From NCBI GenBank assembly GCA_964619725.1, contig CAZUFC010000013.1, forward strand, positions 46,570 through 110,569: a stretch of 64,000 nucleotides of DNA, read 5' to 3'. The stretch is from an uncultured bacterium. Lineage in GTDB: Bacteria; CSSED10-310; CAZUFC01. Below the pieces are notes generated by a model. That model did not search any database. It had not been told where the DNA came from and was given only the letters and a program-made list of their open reading frames with translations. The stretch's first letter is position 1. Every line of letters begins with the position of its first letter. The position numbers and the translations under genes were made by a program. Shown piece by piece: positions 19,913 through 30,514 of the stretch.

Positions 19913-20518
19913 ATGAATGCATTTTCAAAAACCATCAACAGACTCATTGAAGAATTCCGAAAATTTCCGGGAATAGGTCCCAAAACGGCTCAGCGATTTG
20001 CCTATCATGTTCTGAAAAAACCTGACGAAGAAATCCGGCGCCTGGCCGCCGCCCTGATCGATACAAAAGAGAAAGTGCATATGTGTTCCCGTTGCTTCAA
20101 TTTTACGGAAGATGAAATTTGCAGCATCTGCAGGGACCCTAAAAGGAATTACCGTTTGCTGTGCGTTGTTGAAGAAGCCTTCGTCATTCCGATTATTGAA
20201 AAAACGAACGAATTCAATGGGGTTTATCATGTTCTCAAAGGTGCATTGAATCCTCTTAAAGGAACGGGACCGGAACAATTGAAGATTCAGGAGTTAAAAA
20301 GCAGGATAGAGAAGGAAAAGATAGAGGAGGTCATCATAGCCACGAATCCGAACATCGAAGGAGAAGCCACTGCACTGTACGTGACGAAAATTCTCAGACC
20401 CCTGGGGATCAAACTGACGCGAATCGCTCACGGTTTGCCAATAGGAAGCGATCTGGAATATGCGGACCAGGCGACTATGGCTCAATCTTTAATGGGAAGG
20501 ATAGAGTTGAAAGAGTGA
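19913..20518 (+). CDS. recR: Recombination protein RecR
   Basis: 'PGIGPKTAQR', C4 zinc finger, 'YHVL.G', 'ATNP..EGEATA.Y', 'G.DLEYAD'. Confidence 0.97.
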   Translation: MNAFSKTINRLIEEFRKFPGIGPKTAQRFAYHVLKKPDEEIRRLAAALIDTKEKVHMCSRCFNFTEDEICSICRDPKRNYRLLCVVEEAFVIPIIEKTNEFNGVYHVLKGALNPLKGTGPEQLKIQELKSRIEKEKIEEVIIATNPNIEGEATALYVTKILRPLGIKLTRIAHGLPIGSDLEYADQATMAQSLMGRIELKE

Positions 20519-20726
20519 CTCGCTGTAGTATTTCAATCGAAGTATTCGCAGAAATTCAATTAGGTTTTGTAGTCTCCTGATTTTCCGTATTTTCCGGGGC
20601 TAAATGACATAGCAAGATGCTGTGTTATTTCAGGAGGGTAAATTTGCAAATTTTTAACGACTTTCTGGACAGGCGCTGCTGAGTTGACTTTTGGTTTGTT
20701 TTCTATAAAAATTTACTGATTCGAGA

Positions 20727-21548
20727 GTGAAGTTTTTAATTTTCGCCCAAGGAAGGATTATGATCATGATGATAAAAAAAACTGTTAGTGTGAAGATTCT
20801 TGCGCTGATTTGCTGTTCTTTTTTTTATTCCTTCACTGAAACTGCGTCAGCAAGCGGAGCCGCTCGTGAAGAAATAAAATTCAAGTCCGGGGATGTCGAA
20901 TTGCAGGGTACTTTGACAATTCCTGAGTCAAAAACCCCGAGTTATTGCATAGTGATTTTCGTGGGGGCGCAGCCCTGGGACAGGGATGGAAATATAAACG
21001 GCGGTCAGGATTACAACATTTATAAGGGATTGGAAGTGGAGCTGGCTGATGCGGATTTAGCCGTTTTTCGTTATGACAAAAGAGGGACGGGGAAGAGTGA
21101 AGGAGCCTTTACTACAAATATAGAGACGTTAAAAAAAGATGCGGAAGCAGGATTGAAATACCTTCATTCCGATAGAGGTTTCGATAAGAACAAGATAATA
21201 TTTCTGGGACACAGCCTGGGTACAGCGATAGCGGCTGAATTAGCCGCATTTAAACCTTATGCTGCTGTTCTTTTATCCCCGGTAATCCCGCCGGAAAAAC
21301 TGAAACAATTCGACTGTCCTCTTCTGCTGATTAAAGGAAAAGAAGATAAAAGCATAAAAGAATATGAATTCTCAGAATTGTCTGAAAAAGCCGGAAATCT
21401 TAATGCCGCATCCCGGTCAATCATAGTTCCTGATACTGGTCATATTTTTCTGTCAATAAAAAAAGCGGAAACTGAAGATACTCTGATTTCAACGATAAAG
21501 CCGGAGGTTCCCGTTGGTATAATCGATTGGCTGAACGGACTGGAATAG
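20727..21548 (+). CDS. Exported alpha/beta hydrolase
   Basis: Signal peptide, 'L.GTLT.P', 'RYDKRG.GKS', GHSLG nucleophile, 'G..D', 'GH'; start may be one of the downstream ATGs. Confidence 0.85.
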   Translation: MKFLIFAQGRIMIMMIKKTVSVKILALICCSFFYSFTETASASGAAREEIKFKSGDVELQGTLTIPESKTPSYCIVIFVGAQPWDRDGNINGGQDYNIYKGLEVELADADLAVFRYDKRGTGKSEGAFTTNIETLKKDAEAGLKYLHSDRGFDKNKIIFLGHSLGTAIAAELAAFKPYAAVLLSPVIPPEKLKQFDCPLLLIKGKEDKSIKEYEFSELSEKAGNLNAASRSIIVPDTGHIFLSIKKAETEDTLISTIKPEVPVGIIDWLNGLE

Positions 21549-21593
21549 GATCAAGCCGGCAGACTTGTTAAAGCACATGGAAAAAGGGCTATT

Positions 21594-22220
21594 ATGAACG
21601 AGAAAGTAATTCTGATCGGCATCGCCGGAGGAACGGGTTCCGGAAAAACGACCATCGCGAACAATATAATCGCTGAATTATCCCCGCAGACTGCCAGGAT
21701 GATTGATTACGATTCCTATTACAAAGACCTGAGTCACCTGTCCATTGAAGAGCGGAAAAAAGTAAATTTTGATCATCCCAATGCAATGGACAATGATTTG
21801 TTTTACAATCATCTCAATTTATTAAAAAGCCGGCAGGCGATCGACAAGCCTGTGTATAATTACATGAGCCATACCAGGATGGATGAAGCCGTCAAAATCG
21901 AGCCTAAGCCCGTTATTATCGTGGAGGGTCTTCTTTTATTTGTTGAGAAAAGGATCAGAAATTTATTCGACATCAAGTTATTCGTCGACACTGACGCTGA
22001 CGTCAGGGTTCTGAGACGGATAAGACGCGACCTGCATGAAAGAGGGCGTTCTTTGGAAAGCATCGAAAGACAGTATATGATTTCCGTGAGGCCTATGCAT
22101 TTGGAATTTGTCGAACCGAGCAAAAGATGGGCTGATTTGATTATACCGGAAGGCGGATTCAACCAGGTCGCCCGAGATATGATCATAGCGCGTATAAATA
22201 ATTTGTCGGAAACTGAATAA
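21594..22220 (+). CDS. udk: Uridine kinase
   Basis: 'IGIAGGTGSGKTT', 'NFDHP.A', 'RD..ERGR', 'F.EPSK..AD.IIPEGG'. Confidence 0.96.
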   Translation: MNEKVILIGIAGGTGSGKTTIANNIIAELSPQTARMIDYDSYYKDLSHLSIEERKKVNFDHPNAMDNDLFYNHLNLLKSRQAIDKPVYNYMSHTRMDEAVKIEPKPVIIVEGLLLFVEKRIRNLFDIKLFVDTDADVRVLRRIRRDLHERGRSLESIERQYMISVRPMHLEFVEPSKRWADLIIPEGGFNQVARDMIIARINNLSETE

Positions 22221-22303
22221 AACCTGTAATCCGGACCTGACAGCCTGCCCTTAATTCAAGAGAAGATTGCCGGCTTTCATTTAGAGACATTTAGTTCAAA
22301 GAT

Positions 22304-22786
22304 TCATTTTCTTTCTGTATGGCAGTCCAGACATCTGATGGGCGCATTTACTCCGGGATTTTTCTGAAGTGTTTCTCTGTGACAGCCCACGCAAGTCTTA
22401 TGCATAGCTTCTTTCATGTTTAAAGAGGCATCATGCATGCCATGACAGGAGGAACATTTCCTGCAAGTATTCTCGCCTTTTTGTTTATGATGACACCGGC
22501 GACAATCATTGCCGGCTAATCGTATATGAAGTTCATGCTCCTTGAAAATAAGCGGCATGTAACGTGTTGTAGCTTCAGTAATCGCATCCAGAATGAATAC
22601 TTCCTTTTTCTGCCCGGTTCCGGTCGTGTTGGATTGAACTTCGGTCTGTTCAGCCCATACGATTGACGTCTTATCGGCGAAGGTGAAAGAAGCAAGGGAG
22701 AGAACCCATAACACTGCCGGAAAAACTTTTATTAGTGATATTCTTGTGGCTGACAGGAACAATTCATCATTTTTGCCTATTCTCAT
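22304..22786 (-). CDS. Tetrahaem cytochrome c3-family protein
   Basis: Signal peptide; four CxxCH (CRRCHH, CSSCH, CVGCH, CLDCH) plus distal His motifs 'F.EH..H' and 'AMH'. Confidence 0.88.
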   Translation of the reverse strand: MRIGKNDELFLSATRISLIKVFPAVLWVLSLASFTFADKTSIVWAEQTEVQSNTTGTGQKKEVFILDAITEATTRYMPLIFKEHELHIRLAGNDCRRCHHKQKGENTCRKCSSCHGMHDASLNMKEAMHKTCVGCHRETLQKNPGVNAPIRCLDCHTERK

Positions 22787-22787
22787 T

Positions 22788-24431
22788 TTAGTTCATCCCC
22801 TCGTTTTTTAAAATAAGCTGCGTTGTAATATATCCCGAAAACTGAGCGCCGCTGACTCCATGAGACGGATAGACCCAGGAGCCGGCGAGGTACAAACCCG
22901 GGACGGGCGTATCGTTAAACAGCCGGATGTATTGATCGGCAGTAAATTCCCAGCCGTAGGGAATGCCGTTTTTTTGAAGAGTAAAATTCTGCAGGGTACG
23001 CGGGGTCATTATTTCTTTAACGACAACATGCTCCTGTAATCCTGGAAGAATCGATTCAGCCGTTTCGATCAATTTTCGGGCAATTCTGTTTTTCATTTCC
23101 AAATAAGATTTCCTGTCGGCGGGCCATGCTTTTATATCCGAATAAGATGTGAGCGTAAGAACGGAAGAGCCTTCAGGCGCATACCAATCATCACCCAAAT
23201 TACCGTAGAACGCCAACGCTATCATCCCTTTTTCGTAATTTCCCGACATCATATTCTCATACATCGAGTCTTCATCATAGCTCGCATTATAGAAAACTTC
23301 GTATTCATTGATGTTCCAGAAGTCCGGTTCCACATCCAGTCCCAGATAGACGCAGACAAGCGAATTTCCTGGCTTCAGCTTTTCGAGCTTTTCCAGAATG
23401 CTTCCCGGCGTTTTCTCCCTGCCCAGTAATTCTAAAAAAGTCTGATACGGATCAGCCGTTGAAATCACATACTTTGATCGATATATATCGCCGAATTCCG
23501 TTTGTACTCCCGTTACTCGCCCTTTCTCCGTCAATATGGATTCAACCAGCGTTCCAACCAGAATTGTACCGCCCAATTCCCTTATTCGCTCAGCATAAGC
23601 ATCCGAAAGAGCCTGAGAAGAGCCTTTGATGTGCCAGGCGCCTTCCGTCCAGTATGAATAATTCGCCAGCATGAAAAAAGGCCCCCATAATCTGGAAGGC
23701 GGCGGTCCGTAGAAAATCCAGAGCTGTGAAAGTGCGGATTTCAATTCTTCATCTCTTATCCGGGAATTTAAAATATCCTGAAGACTTTTATTCCGATTTT
23801 TAAATAAATCCCGCTGCCTGAAAGGAATGCCGATTTTCTTGAAAAATGATCGGACAGGCCCCGCTGAAAATATGTTGCGCAATTCCGACATGTCTGAATT
23901 CAGCCTTTGCGTTAAATTCATAAAATCGTTTATTCCGCTTCCCTCCTCAGGCCATTTTCTTATAAAAGCCTGCCGGGCTTCCTCAAATTCCACCGGACAC
24001 GTAAAATCTGTTGCAGGGAAAATAGAACGGTATAATTCAGGAATCCTGATGAATTCTACTTTCTCATAGACCCCGGCCTCGCGCAGCAATTCTGCCAGCG
24101 CGCCCCTTCCGCCTCCTCCGCTCATTTCATGCAAGGACGCATCAAAATTGAAATCGCCCCGTGAAAAAGAGGACGTACACCCGCCGACCTTATGATGCTG
24201 TTCAAGAAGTAATACTCTGAAACCGTTTCGAGCAAGATGAACTCCCGCCGATAAGCCGCCCATGCCGGTGCCTATGACCGAAACATCATAATCGAAATTT
24301 ATTGACTGCTCTCTTCTTCTCAATCGGCAGGCGACTAAAATGGTCGCTGAAATTAAAAAAAATATCCAAAATGTCCTCATATATGCCTTCATACGACGTC
24401 TCCTTGAGTTGTTCTTCTGATCATATATCAT
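22788..24431 (-). CDS. FAD-dependent oxidoreductase, phytoene desaturase-like family
   Basis: 'VIGTGMGGL', 'EQH..VGG...SF.R..F.FD', 'TP.T', 'GLYLAGSW..P.HG'; N-terminal hydrophobic segment ending LVAC. Confidence 0.88.
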   Translation of the reverse strand: MIYDQKNNSRRRRMKAYMRTFWIFFLISATILVACRLRRREQSINFDYDVSVIGTGMGGLSAGVHLARNGFRVLLLEQHHKVGGCTSSFSRGDFNFDASLHEMSGGGGRGALAELLREAGVYEKVEFIRIPELYRSIFPATDFTCPVEFEEARQAFIRKWPEEGSGINDFMNLTQRLNSDMSELRNIFSAGPVRSFFKKIGIPFRQRDLFKNRNKSLQDILNSRIRDEELKSALSQLWIFYGPPPSRLWGPFFMLANYSYWTEGAWHIKGSSQALSDAYAERIRELGGTILVGTLVESILTEKGRVTGVQTEFGDIYRSKYVISTADPYQTFLELLGREKTPGSILEKLEKLKPGNSLVCVYLGLDVEPDFWNINEYEVFYNASYDEDSMYENMMSGNYEKGMIALAFYGNLGDDWYAPEGSSVLTLTSYSDIKAWPADRKSYLEMKNRIARKLIETAESILPGLQEHVVVKEIMTPRTLQNFTLQKNGIPYGWEFTADQYIRLFNDTPVPGLYLAGSWVYPSHGVSGAQFSGYITTQLILKNEGMN

Positions 24432-24627
24432 GGCTTCCGCTTAAGGGCAAGTGTACCTCAATGTCCCGAACGCCCTGGCGGTTTTTGGGATTGACAAACT
24501 CGTTTTTAAATTATATGAATTAGTCCTAAACTTAAATCGGATTTTTTCAAGAAGTCTGTCCGATTGCTCGAAGGTGTTTTTTCGTTTTTTTGATTTTTTC
24601 GGTACAACAAAAAAGGAGGTCCTGCTT

Positions 24628-25317
24628 GTGAAAACATTCATTGTCGGATTATTCATTGCGGCTTTGTTCTTCCTGACAGGAGGAGCTGGAGAGGTTTCAG
24701 CCTGGGGAACCGGCGGATGCTTTGACGCACCCGGATTGCACATTCACCGGGATATGGCGCTGAGAGTAATTGACAGTCCGGACATTAACTGGGCTTTATG
24801 GTGGTTTGATCTGGATGCCGAAAGTATAGCGTATTATGCTGCTACAGAACCTCAATGCCATGTCGGCTATCATCCGAGCTGGACTCATTTGCGCGATCTG
24901 GCGCATCTGAATTGGGGATGGCCGTCTGATATGCTGGTCGGCGTTATTCTTCATACGGCATCGGATGCAGGCGTAGGCGCATGCCACTGTCCCGCCTGCG
25001 AAGTATGGTGTCATGATTGGGCGGAAATTCTTTTTGAAGGAACGGCTGAAGCCAGAAGCGTACCTTCCTTGACAGGGGCTCTCACGGGTTCCTACTCCGC
25101 GCGTATGCAGCATTTTCGAAACGTTCAAAAGTCCCTGACCTCCAGCTTCAAACGATGGTTCAAAAGAACCTGGTACTGTAGAATATACTGTGATCCCTGG
25201 CACTGGTCGAGGCAGGGAGAGATAAATGGTATGAGGCTGGCGCATACGGCTTTATTGAGTTATTTCTGCGAATACGCCGATTGGGCAGCGGATGAATGCG
25301 ATCAGCTTTTTGAATAA
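24628..25317 (+). CDS. Secreted Cys/Trp-rich protein resembling the zinc phospholipase C / P1 nuclease fold
   Basis: AAGGAGG then GTG; signal peptide ending VSA|WG; 'H.H', 'LHTASD', 'CH', 'HDWAE' candidate metal ligands. Confidence 0.55.
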   Translation: MKTFIVGLFIAALFFLTGGAGEVSAWGTGGCFDAPGLHIHRDMALRVIDSPDINWALWWFDLDAESIAYYAATEPQCHVGYHPSWTHLRDLAHLNWGWPSDMLVGVILHTASDAGVGACHCPACEVWCHDWAEILFEGTAEARSVPSLTGALTGSYSARMQHFRNVQKSLTSSFKRWFKRTWYCRIYCDPWHWSRQGEINGMRLAHTALLSYFCEYADWAADECDQLFE

Positions 25318-25464
25318 GCTTCACGTTTATCTGCCGACACATTCGAAGACATCCTAATTCAGTAAATAACAGGCTGAATTTCACAGATTATGAACTGAGG
25401 CGCGACTCCTGCGTCCGGTTATTCTTTCGGATATTAATCTTCCTGTCATATTCGGAGGATATGA

Positions 25465-27039
25465 TTGATGACTGCTTTTTCTGAGGACCTATTAAAAGAT
25501 TCGGCGCGGCTGTTACTAATCATGGCCGTTTTATTATCCTGGCCGGCGGTTTGTAATGCGGGCGGTTCGGCCTCCTCGAAGAAAACGGAATATAAGGGCT
25601 GGATACATATTTACAATCGATCCGATGAATTCGACTCACCCCTGGATGGATACGATTTTTCCGAATATCATTACAACAATGTAACTTTTGAAGCGGCGAC
25701 CGTTTTCGGAAGCGCCGGGGAACGGCAGGTCGAATGGATTTCGATAAAGAAGGGCGAACGTATGGTTTATTATGCCGAATCCAACGTCTTGAAGGTTTTC
25801 AGCCTCTCGAAAAAAGAAGAAGAATGGGCCAAGGATTCAGGCTCGGAATACAAAGAACCTCCGACGACATTAAAAGCGCTTCAAGAGTCCAACGAGTTAA
25901 AAAAGGATAACTTCACAAGAGAGGAAACGGAAGAGGGTGACGGCTTCTTGCTTTATATTCTGGATGTTGAGGGATATGGAGAGCGTGAGTGTATCGACTG
26001 CCCCGATAGCCCGGATACGTTAAAAGTATGGGTCGATCCTGAAACGCTTCTGATACGCAGGATTCAAAATTCAGGTTCTCAGAAAGGCGAACTCATTTTC
26101 GAGTATGGTGAGCCTCACTTTTCCGGCATTTTTGACCTGGATGTTCCTGAAGACGCGCAAATGCGCGATTATCGCATGAGTCCCCGTGCGGAAAATATTG
26201 TCGAACGAATAAACGGAAGAGCACGTAAAGGGTTGGGCGATTTGACGGCTATGCTTCTTGAATCGACGATCAACGGAGATCAAAAGCCGAAGCCTCGCTC
26301 ATTAATTATCTTCTCGCGCCGGGGTGAAGCTGTTCTGTATTACAAGTATTCTCTCAGAAACGGCGATGTCGATATGGAACAGATACACGGCTTGAATTCC
26401 GGAATAAAAGAAGCTGTTGATATTTCTTCTGCAGTAAATGCTCTTGAAAATGTGAAACCTGTATATTACTGCGTCACAGACAGCTTGACGGTCTGGGAAG
26501 GCGTTTTCGAGAAAAAATTCGATTCGGTCGCTTCTCGATCCGGAGAATCACGTTATCAATTCAAAGAAAAAGGATTTCCTTTCCCCAGGACTCTTGCCGC
26601 AAAATTATGGCCGGCCGAACAACTGCAAATTTTTCTCGACGACGGGTGGAACGTGGAAACTGTAAATGAAAACGAATCATCGGATTTAATCGGATTGGCT
26701 TTCAAAGAACCCGTCCCGGAAGGCAGAGAAGATGAGACGACGAAAAAATCATTACATGTCGAACACATTTATAAATTTGACCTGAAAAAAGATGATCTGC
26801 CCGTTGAAATAATCGATAGAAGCTATTCCGGCGAAAAGATAAAAACAGTATTCCGCACCGTAAGCAGTACTTTTGAAAATTTGCCGAACGGTCTATTTTA
26901 TCCGGCATATTGGGAAACGACTGCTGCTTTTTTCAGTAAAGGGAAACAGGCGAGAAAAATGAAAAGAACCTATCACCTCATCGTCGATCCTGATTTCAAG
27001 ATGGTTGATGAATGGTTCGTCAGTCCGTCATTGAAATAA
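25465..27039 (+). CDS. Hypothetical exported protein, possibly LolA/RseB-like beta fold
   Basis: GGAGG RBS, signal peptide, 'KVWVDPETLLIRRI' hairpin typical of LolA-like folds. Confidence 0.5.
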   Translation: MMTAFSEDLLKDSARLLLIMAVLLSWPAVCNAGGSASSKKTEYKGWIHIYNRSDEFDSPLDGYDFSEYHYNNVTFEAATVFGSAGERQVEWISIKKGERMVYYAESNVLKVFSLSKKEEEWAKDSGSEYKEPPTTLKALQESNELKKDNFTREETEEGDGFLLYILDVEGYGERECIDCPDSPDTLKVWVDPETLLIRRIQNSGSQKGELIFEYGEPHFSGIFDLDVPEDAQMRDYRMSPRAENIVERINGRARKGLGDLTAMLLESTINGDQKPKPRSLIIFSRRGEAVLYYKYSLRNGDVDMEQIHGLNSGIKEAVDISSAVNALENVKPVYYCVTDSLTVWEGVFEKKFDSVASRSGESRYQFKEKGFPFPRTLAAKLWPAEQLQIFLDDGWNVETVNENESSDLIGLAFKEPVPEGREDETTKKSLHVEHIYKFDLKKDDLPVEIIDRSYSGEKIKTVFRTVSSTFENLPNGLFYPAYWETTAAFFSKGKQARKMKRTYHLIVDPDFKMVDEWFVSPSLK

Positions 27040-27050
27040 GTTTTATGTGA

Positions 27051-28076
27051 TTAATCCGTGGAATGAGACATCAGAAAATCTCTGAATTCATGCCACTCGT
27101 GATTTTGGAGGTAGTCTCTTATCATTCTGAAACCGCCGCCGTAAATCGGATCAGTATTTTCCGATTTACGTTCATTTAAATGGCTGTTCCCGTAAAGCTC
27201 ATTCACCACCGATGCCGAAAATTCCGCAAATCCTTCGTTAATTTTAGGATCAGAAATGTTCGGATATTCGGCGGACATCCAGTCGTGGGCTAATTCATGA
27301 GCGCAGGTGTCAATGAAGAATTCGACGGGTAATCCTTCGAGTATATAAATGAAATATTCCGAATGAACGGTTTTTGATTCGTCGACCGATTTTTCCAGGC
27401 CGAAGATGGATTTCCAGATTTTCCTTACTGTTTTGCTGGTCGTTTTACAGACGAATAGACCGTTTTCCCGGTCCGATCCGCTTCCCGACAAATTCGAAAG
27501 TTTATCCAGTGAAACCAGATCAAAATTAATCTTGTGGTCTGTGCTCATGCTTAATCTTCTCTTCATTTTATTTCTTATTTCATCAAAGAGGTTGCGTGCG
27601 ATCGTTTTATTCGTAACCGTTCTTTTTCGGCAATCCGGGCAAATTTTGCGGCCGTCGGAATAGGTGATCGAACCCTCTGGAAGTCCGCAATACAGGCATC
27701 TGGGTTGAGCCGCATGATGCCGGCAATAAACGTTGCCGTTAATTTCGATCCATGATTCCAGGGTTTTACCGCAAATTTTACATTGGGGCAGCGATTTTTC
27801 ATAACATTTGCGGCATAGTATTCTTCCGTCCGAAGTCACAAGCCAGCTTTTCATTTTTTTACCGCACCCGGCGCACCGCGGCAGAGTGTTTTCGAAACAA
27901 GCTTTGGAACAATAGACGTGACCGTCTGAGGTATAATAAGTTTCGCTGATTTTACGTCCGCAGGCGTCGCATTTGAGGAAATCGTCGGCCGAAATGGTCG
28001 TGGCGGAGAAAAAGTAAAGCAGTAAAGCAACGAAAATTACGATCAGCGAAAAAAATGATTTTTTTGAAGTCGCCAT
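27051..28076 (-). CDS. Exported protein with LIM-like zinc fingers and DA1-like zinc metallopeptidase domain
   Basis: Signal peptide; eight CxxC/CxxH-type pairs; 'AHELAHDW', 'EGFAE', 'D..YG.GF'. Confidence 0.75.
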   Translation of the reverse strand: MATSKKSFFSLIVIFVALLLYFFSATTISADDFLKCDACGRKISETYYTSDGHVYCSKACFENTLPRCAGCGKKMKSWLVTSDGRILCRKCYEKSLPQCKICGKTLESWIEINGNVYCRHHAAQPRCLYCGLPEGSITYSDGRKICPDCRKRTVTNKTIARNLFDEIRNKMKRRLSMSTDHKINFDLVSLDKLSNLSGSGSDRENGLFVCKTTSKTVRKIWKSIFGLEKSVDESKTVHSEYFIYILEGLPVEFFIDTCAHELAHDWMSAEYPNISDPKINEGFAEFSASVVNELYGNSHLNERKSENTDPIYGGGFRMIRDYLQNHEWHEFRDFLMSHSTD

Positions 28077-28526
28077 AACGTCCTTCCTCCCTCATCATTT
28101 TTGCACTTCGGATGATCAAAGTCAAAATATTGAATTCAGGCAAGAGGAGAACGGATTTAATTAAAGGAGAATGAGACGGTGTTTTGTGGAATTTCGGCAT
28201 TGATCAAGTATCCGTGTTTCGGAGTTAAAATTTTTACAGCCTAGAAAATCTGATAAAGACAAAGACATCTCCTCGTAATTATTTATTCCGATTTATGATA
28301 CCGATCCGTGTAACGAAACAAACGGCTCTCGATGAAAAAACAGGGGTGAGATCGTCAAACGGATAATTGTGGGGCAGGGTTAGTTTCTGAATTGGGATTT
28401 TAATCAGTCAATTATTTTAGGAAACAGCGTACCAGCTCGGTTTGATCATTCACCGAATTTACATCTTGACATGAAAGATGGGATACAATAAAAAAATCAG
28501 GGCAAAAGCATTATCTTGCAGAAAGG

Positions 28527-29639
28527 ATGAAAATGGCTGTACCTTTTTTTAATCTTAACAGACAGTATGAAAAAATAGGACATGAGCTTGAGAAAGCCTT
28601 ATTGGAAACGGCAAGCAGCGGAATGTACATTCTGGGAAAAAACGTGACGGGCTTGGAACAAGAAATGGCTGAATACTGCGGAACGAAATATGCGGTAGGC
28701 GCAGCATCGGGTACTGATGCGCTGATTTTGGCTCTGAAAGCGCTCGGCATCGGAAAGGGTGATGAGGTGATAACGACTCCATACTCTTTTTTTGCAACCG
28801 CGAGTTGCATTTACAGAATAGGAGCGCGACCGACGTTTGCCGATATAGAGCCCGATACTTATAATATAAATCCTGATGAAGTAAGGAAAAAAATTACTAA
28901 GAAAACTCGTGCCGTAATCCCTGTTCATCTATTCGGATTGCCTGCTGATATGGATGAATTGAATGCAATCTCAAATGAATTTGATATCCCAATTGTAGAA
29001 GATGCCGCCCAGGCAATCGGAGCTGAATACAAAAACAAAAAAGTGGGTTCTTTCGGGAAGGCAGGCTGTTTCAGCTATTTTCCCACGAAGAACCTGGGAG
29101 GTATGGGAGACGGGGGGATCGTCACAACAAACGACGAAAAAATTAAAGAAGAAGCGGCCAAATTGCGCGTACACGGCGGAGGCAGTTCTTACATTCATGA
29201 GAAAATCGGTTTGAACAGTCGATTAGATGAAATTCAGGCCGCTGTCATTCGCGTTAAAATGAAATATCTGACGATGTGGAAAGAGGCTCGTTTTCAAAAC
29301 GCCATGAAGTATTCCGAGCTTCTGGCGAACTTGCCTGAGGTCGTTCTCCCCGCAGAAAAAACAGACCGGCAATGCGTTTTCAACCAGTTCGTCATCAGAA
29401 TCAAGGAAAAACGGGATGCTCTAATGGAGAAACTCAAACAGCAGAAAATCGGATGCAATATTTATTATCCTTTGCCTTTGCATCAGCAGCCGTGTTTCCG
29501 TTATTTGAATTACGCTGCAGGAGATTTCCCGGAATCTGAAAAAGCATCTAAGGAAACTCTGGCCTTACCTGTGTTTCCCGAGCTTATGGATGAGGAGATA
29601 AATGAAACGGCACAGGCAATAATTCGATTTTTTGAGTAA
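28527..29639 (+). CDS. DegT/DnrJ/EryC1/StrS sugar aminotransferase
   Basis: 'SGTDAL', 'GDEVIT', 'PVHLFG', 'EDAAQAIG', 'S.FPTKNLG..GDGG', 'NSRLD'. Confidence 0.95.
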   Translation: MKMAVPFFNLNRQYEKIGHELEKALLETASSGMYILGKNVTGLEQEMAEYCGTKYAVGAASGTDALILALKALGIGKGDEVITTPYSFFATASCIYRIGARPTFADIEPDTYNINPDEVRKKITKKTRAVIPVHLFGLPADMDELNAISNEFDIPIVEDAAQAIGAEYKNKKVGSFGKAGCFSYFPTKNLGGMGDGGIVTTNDEKIKEEAAKLRVHGGGSSYIHEKIGLNSRLDEIQAAVIRVKMKYLTMWKEARFQNAMKYSELLANLPEVVLPAEKTDRQCVFNQFVIRIKEKRDALMEKLKQQKIGCNIYYPLPLHQQPCFRYLNYAAGDFPESEKASKETLALPVFPELMDEEINETAQAIIRFFE

Positions 29640-29668
29640 AATTGAAACTTTGAATCGGAGGTTGAGGA

Positions 29669-30514
29669 ATGAAAAATTGGAATTTTGCCGCATATGTGGC
29701 TTTGTTTATTATGGGAACCTTCTTTTTTTCCGGTTGCGGTGAGAAATGGCCTGAAAACAATGAAACATGGGCCGAGAACACTTACATCACTGAGGGCAAA
29801 ATAGAAATCGCTCACTACCACGGACAAACTATGCTCAATAATGAATTAAAAAAATATGAGATGCTGACCGCCGTCCATCTGACCGGTTTCCAGCAGGACA
29901 GCGCTGTTGCCGCACCCGCACGCGACGAATCCAAGCTTAAAGTTCTCAGGCTATCTCAATTCTTTTCCATTCCAGATAAAATCCGGGATTCAAACTATAA
30001 TCTGGTCATTTCAGCAGACCCGGGCAATCCTTTCAAAATGCTCCGGGCGACCTTTTCACTCCAATCAAACAAAGGAAACCTATTTAAATTGTTTGAAAAC
30101 GGATCGGAAAAAGGTCGACTGAAATTTTTCACAGACTATCCGTTGACCAAGCTCGCAAAAATAAATTGGGAAACCGAAAAAGATAAGGTTCTTCTGGACC
30201 TGCTGCCTTTGAGCCTCAGGTCGTTGCGTTTCGATCAGGAAAAAAGTTCCTCTTTCGATTTAACCGTCATTTCGTCTCTCATGGATTGCAAACTGCATCC
30301 TCCGACTCTTATGGATGTTGAACTGCAAGTTACGAACAAAGAAAGCATAACGACGGGACTGGGCGCTAAAAATGCCTGGAGAGTTAGAATGGCTGCGGAG
30401 GAAGTGGAGTGGCAATATTGGTTTGAAGACAAGGCGCCTTATGTATTGCTGCAGGCTAGATCGAATAAAAACGATCAATGGTTGCTGAAGGACCTCAAGA
30501 TAATCGAAAACTAA
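29669..30514 (+). CDS. Hypothetical lipoprotein
   Basis: Signal peptide with 'FSGC' lipobox; RBS present. Confidence 0.65.
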   Translation: MKNWNFAAYVALFIMGTFFFSGCGEKWPENNETWAENTYITEGKIEIAHYHGQTMLNNELKKYEMLTAVHLTGFQQDSAVAAPARDESKLKVLRLSQFFSIPDKIRDSNYNLVISADPGNPFKMLRATFSLQSNKGNLFKLFENGSEKGRLKFFTDYPLTKLAKINWETEKDKVLLDLLPLSLRSLRFDQEKSSSFDLTVISSLMDCKLHPPTLMDVELQVTNKESITTGLGAKNAWRVRMAAEEVEWQYWFEDKAPYVLLQARSNKNDQWLLKDLKIIEN

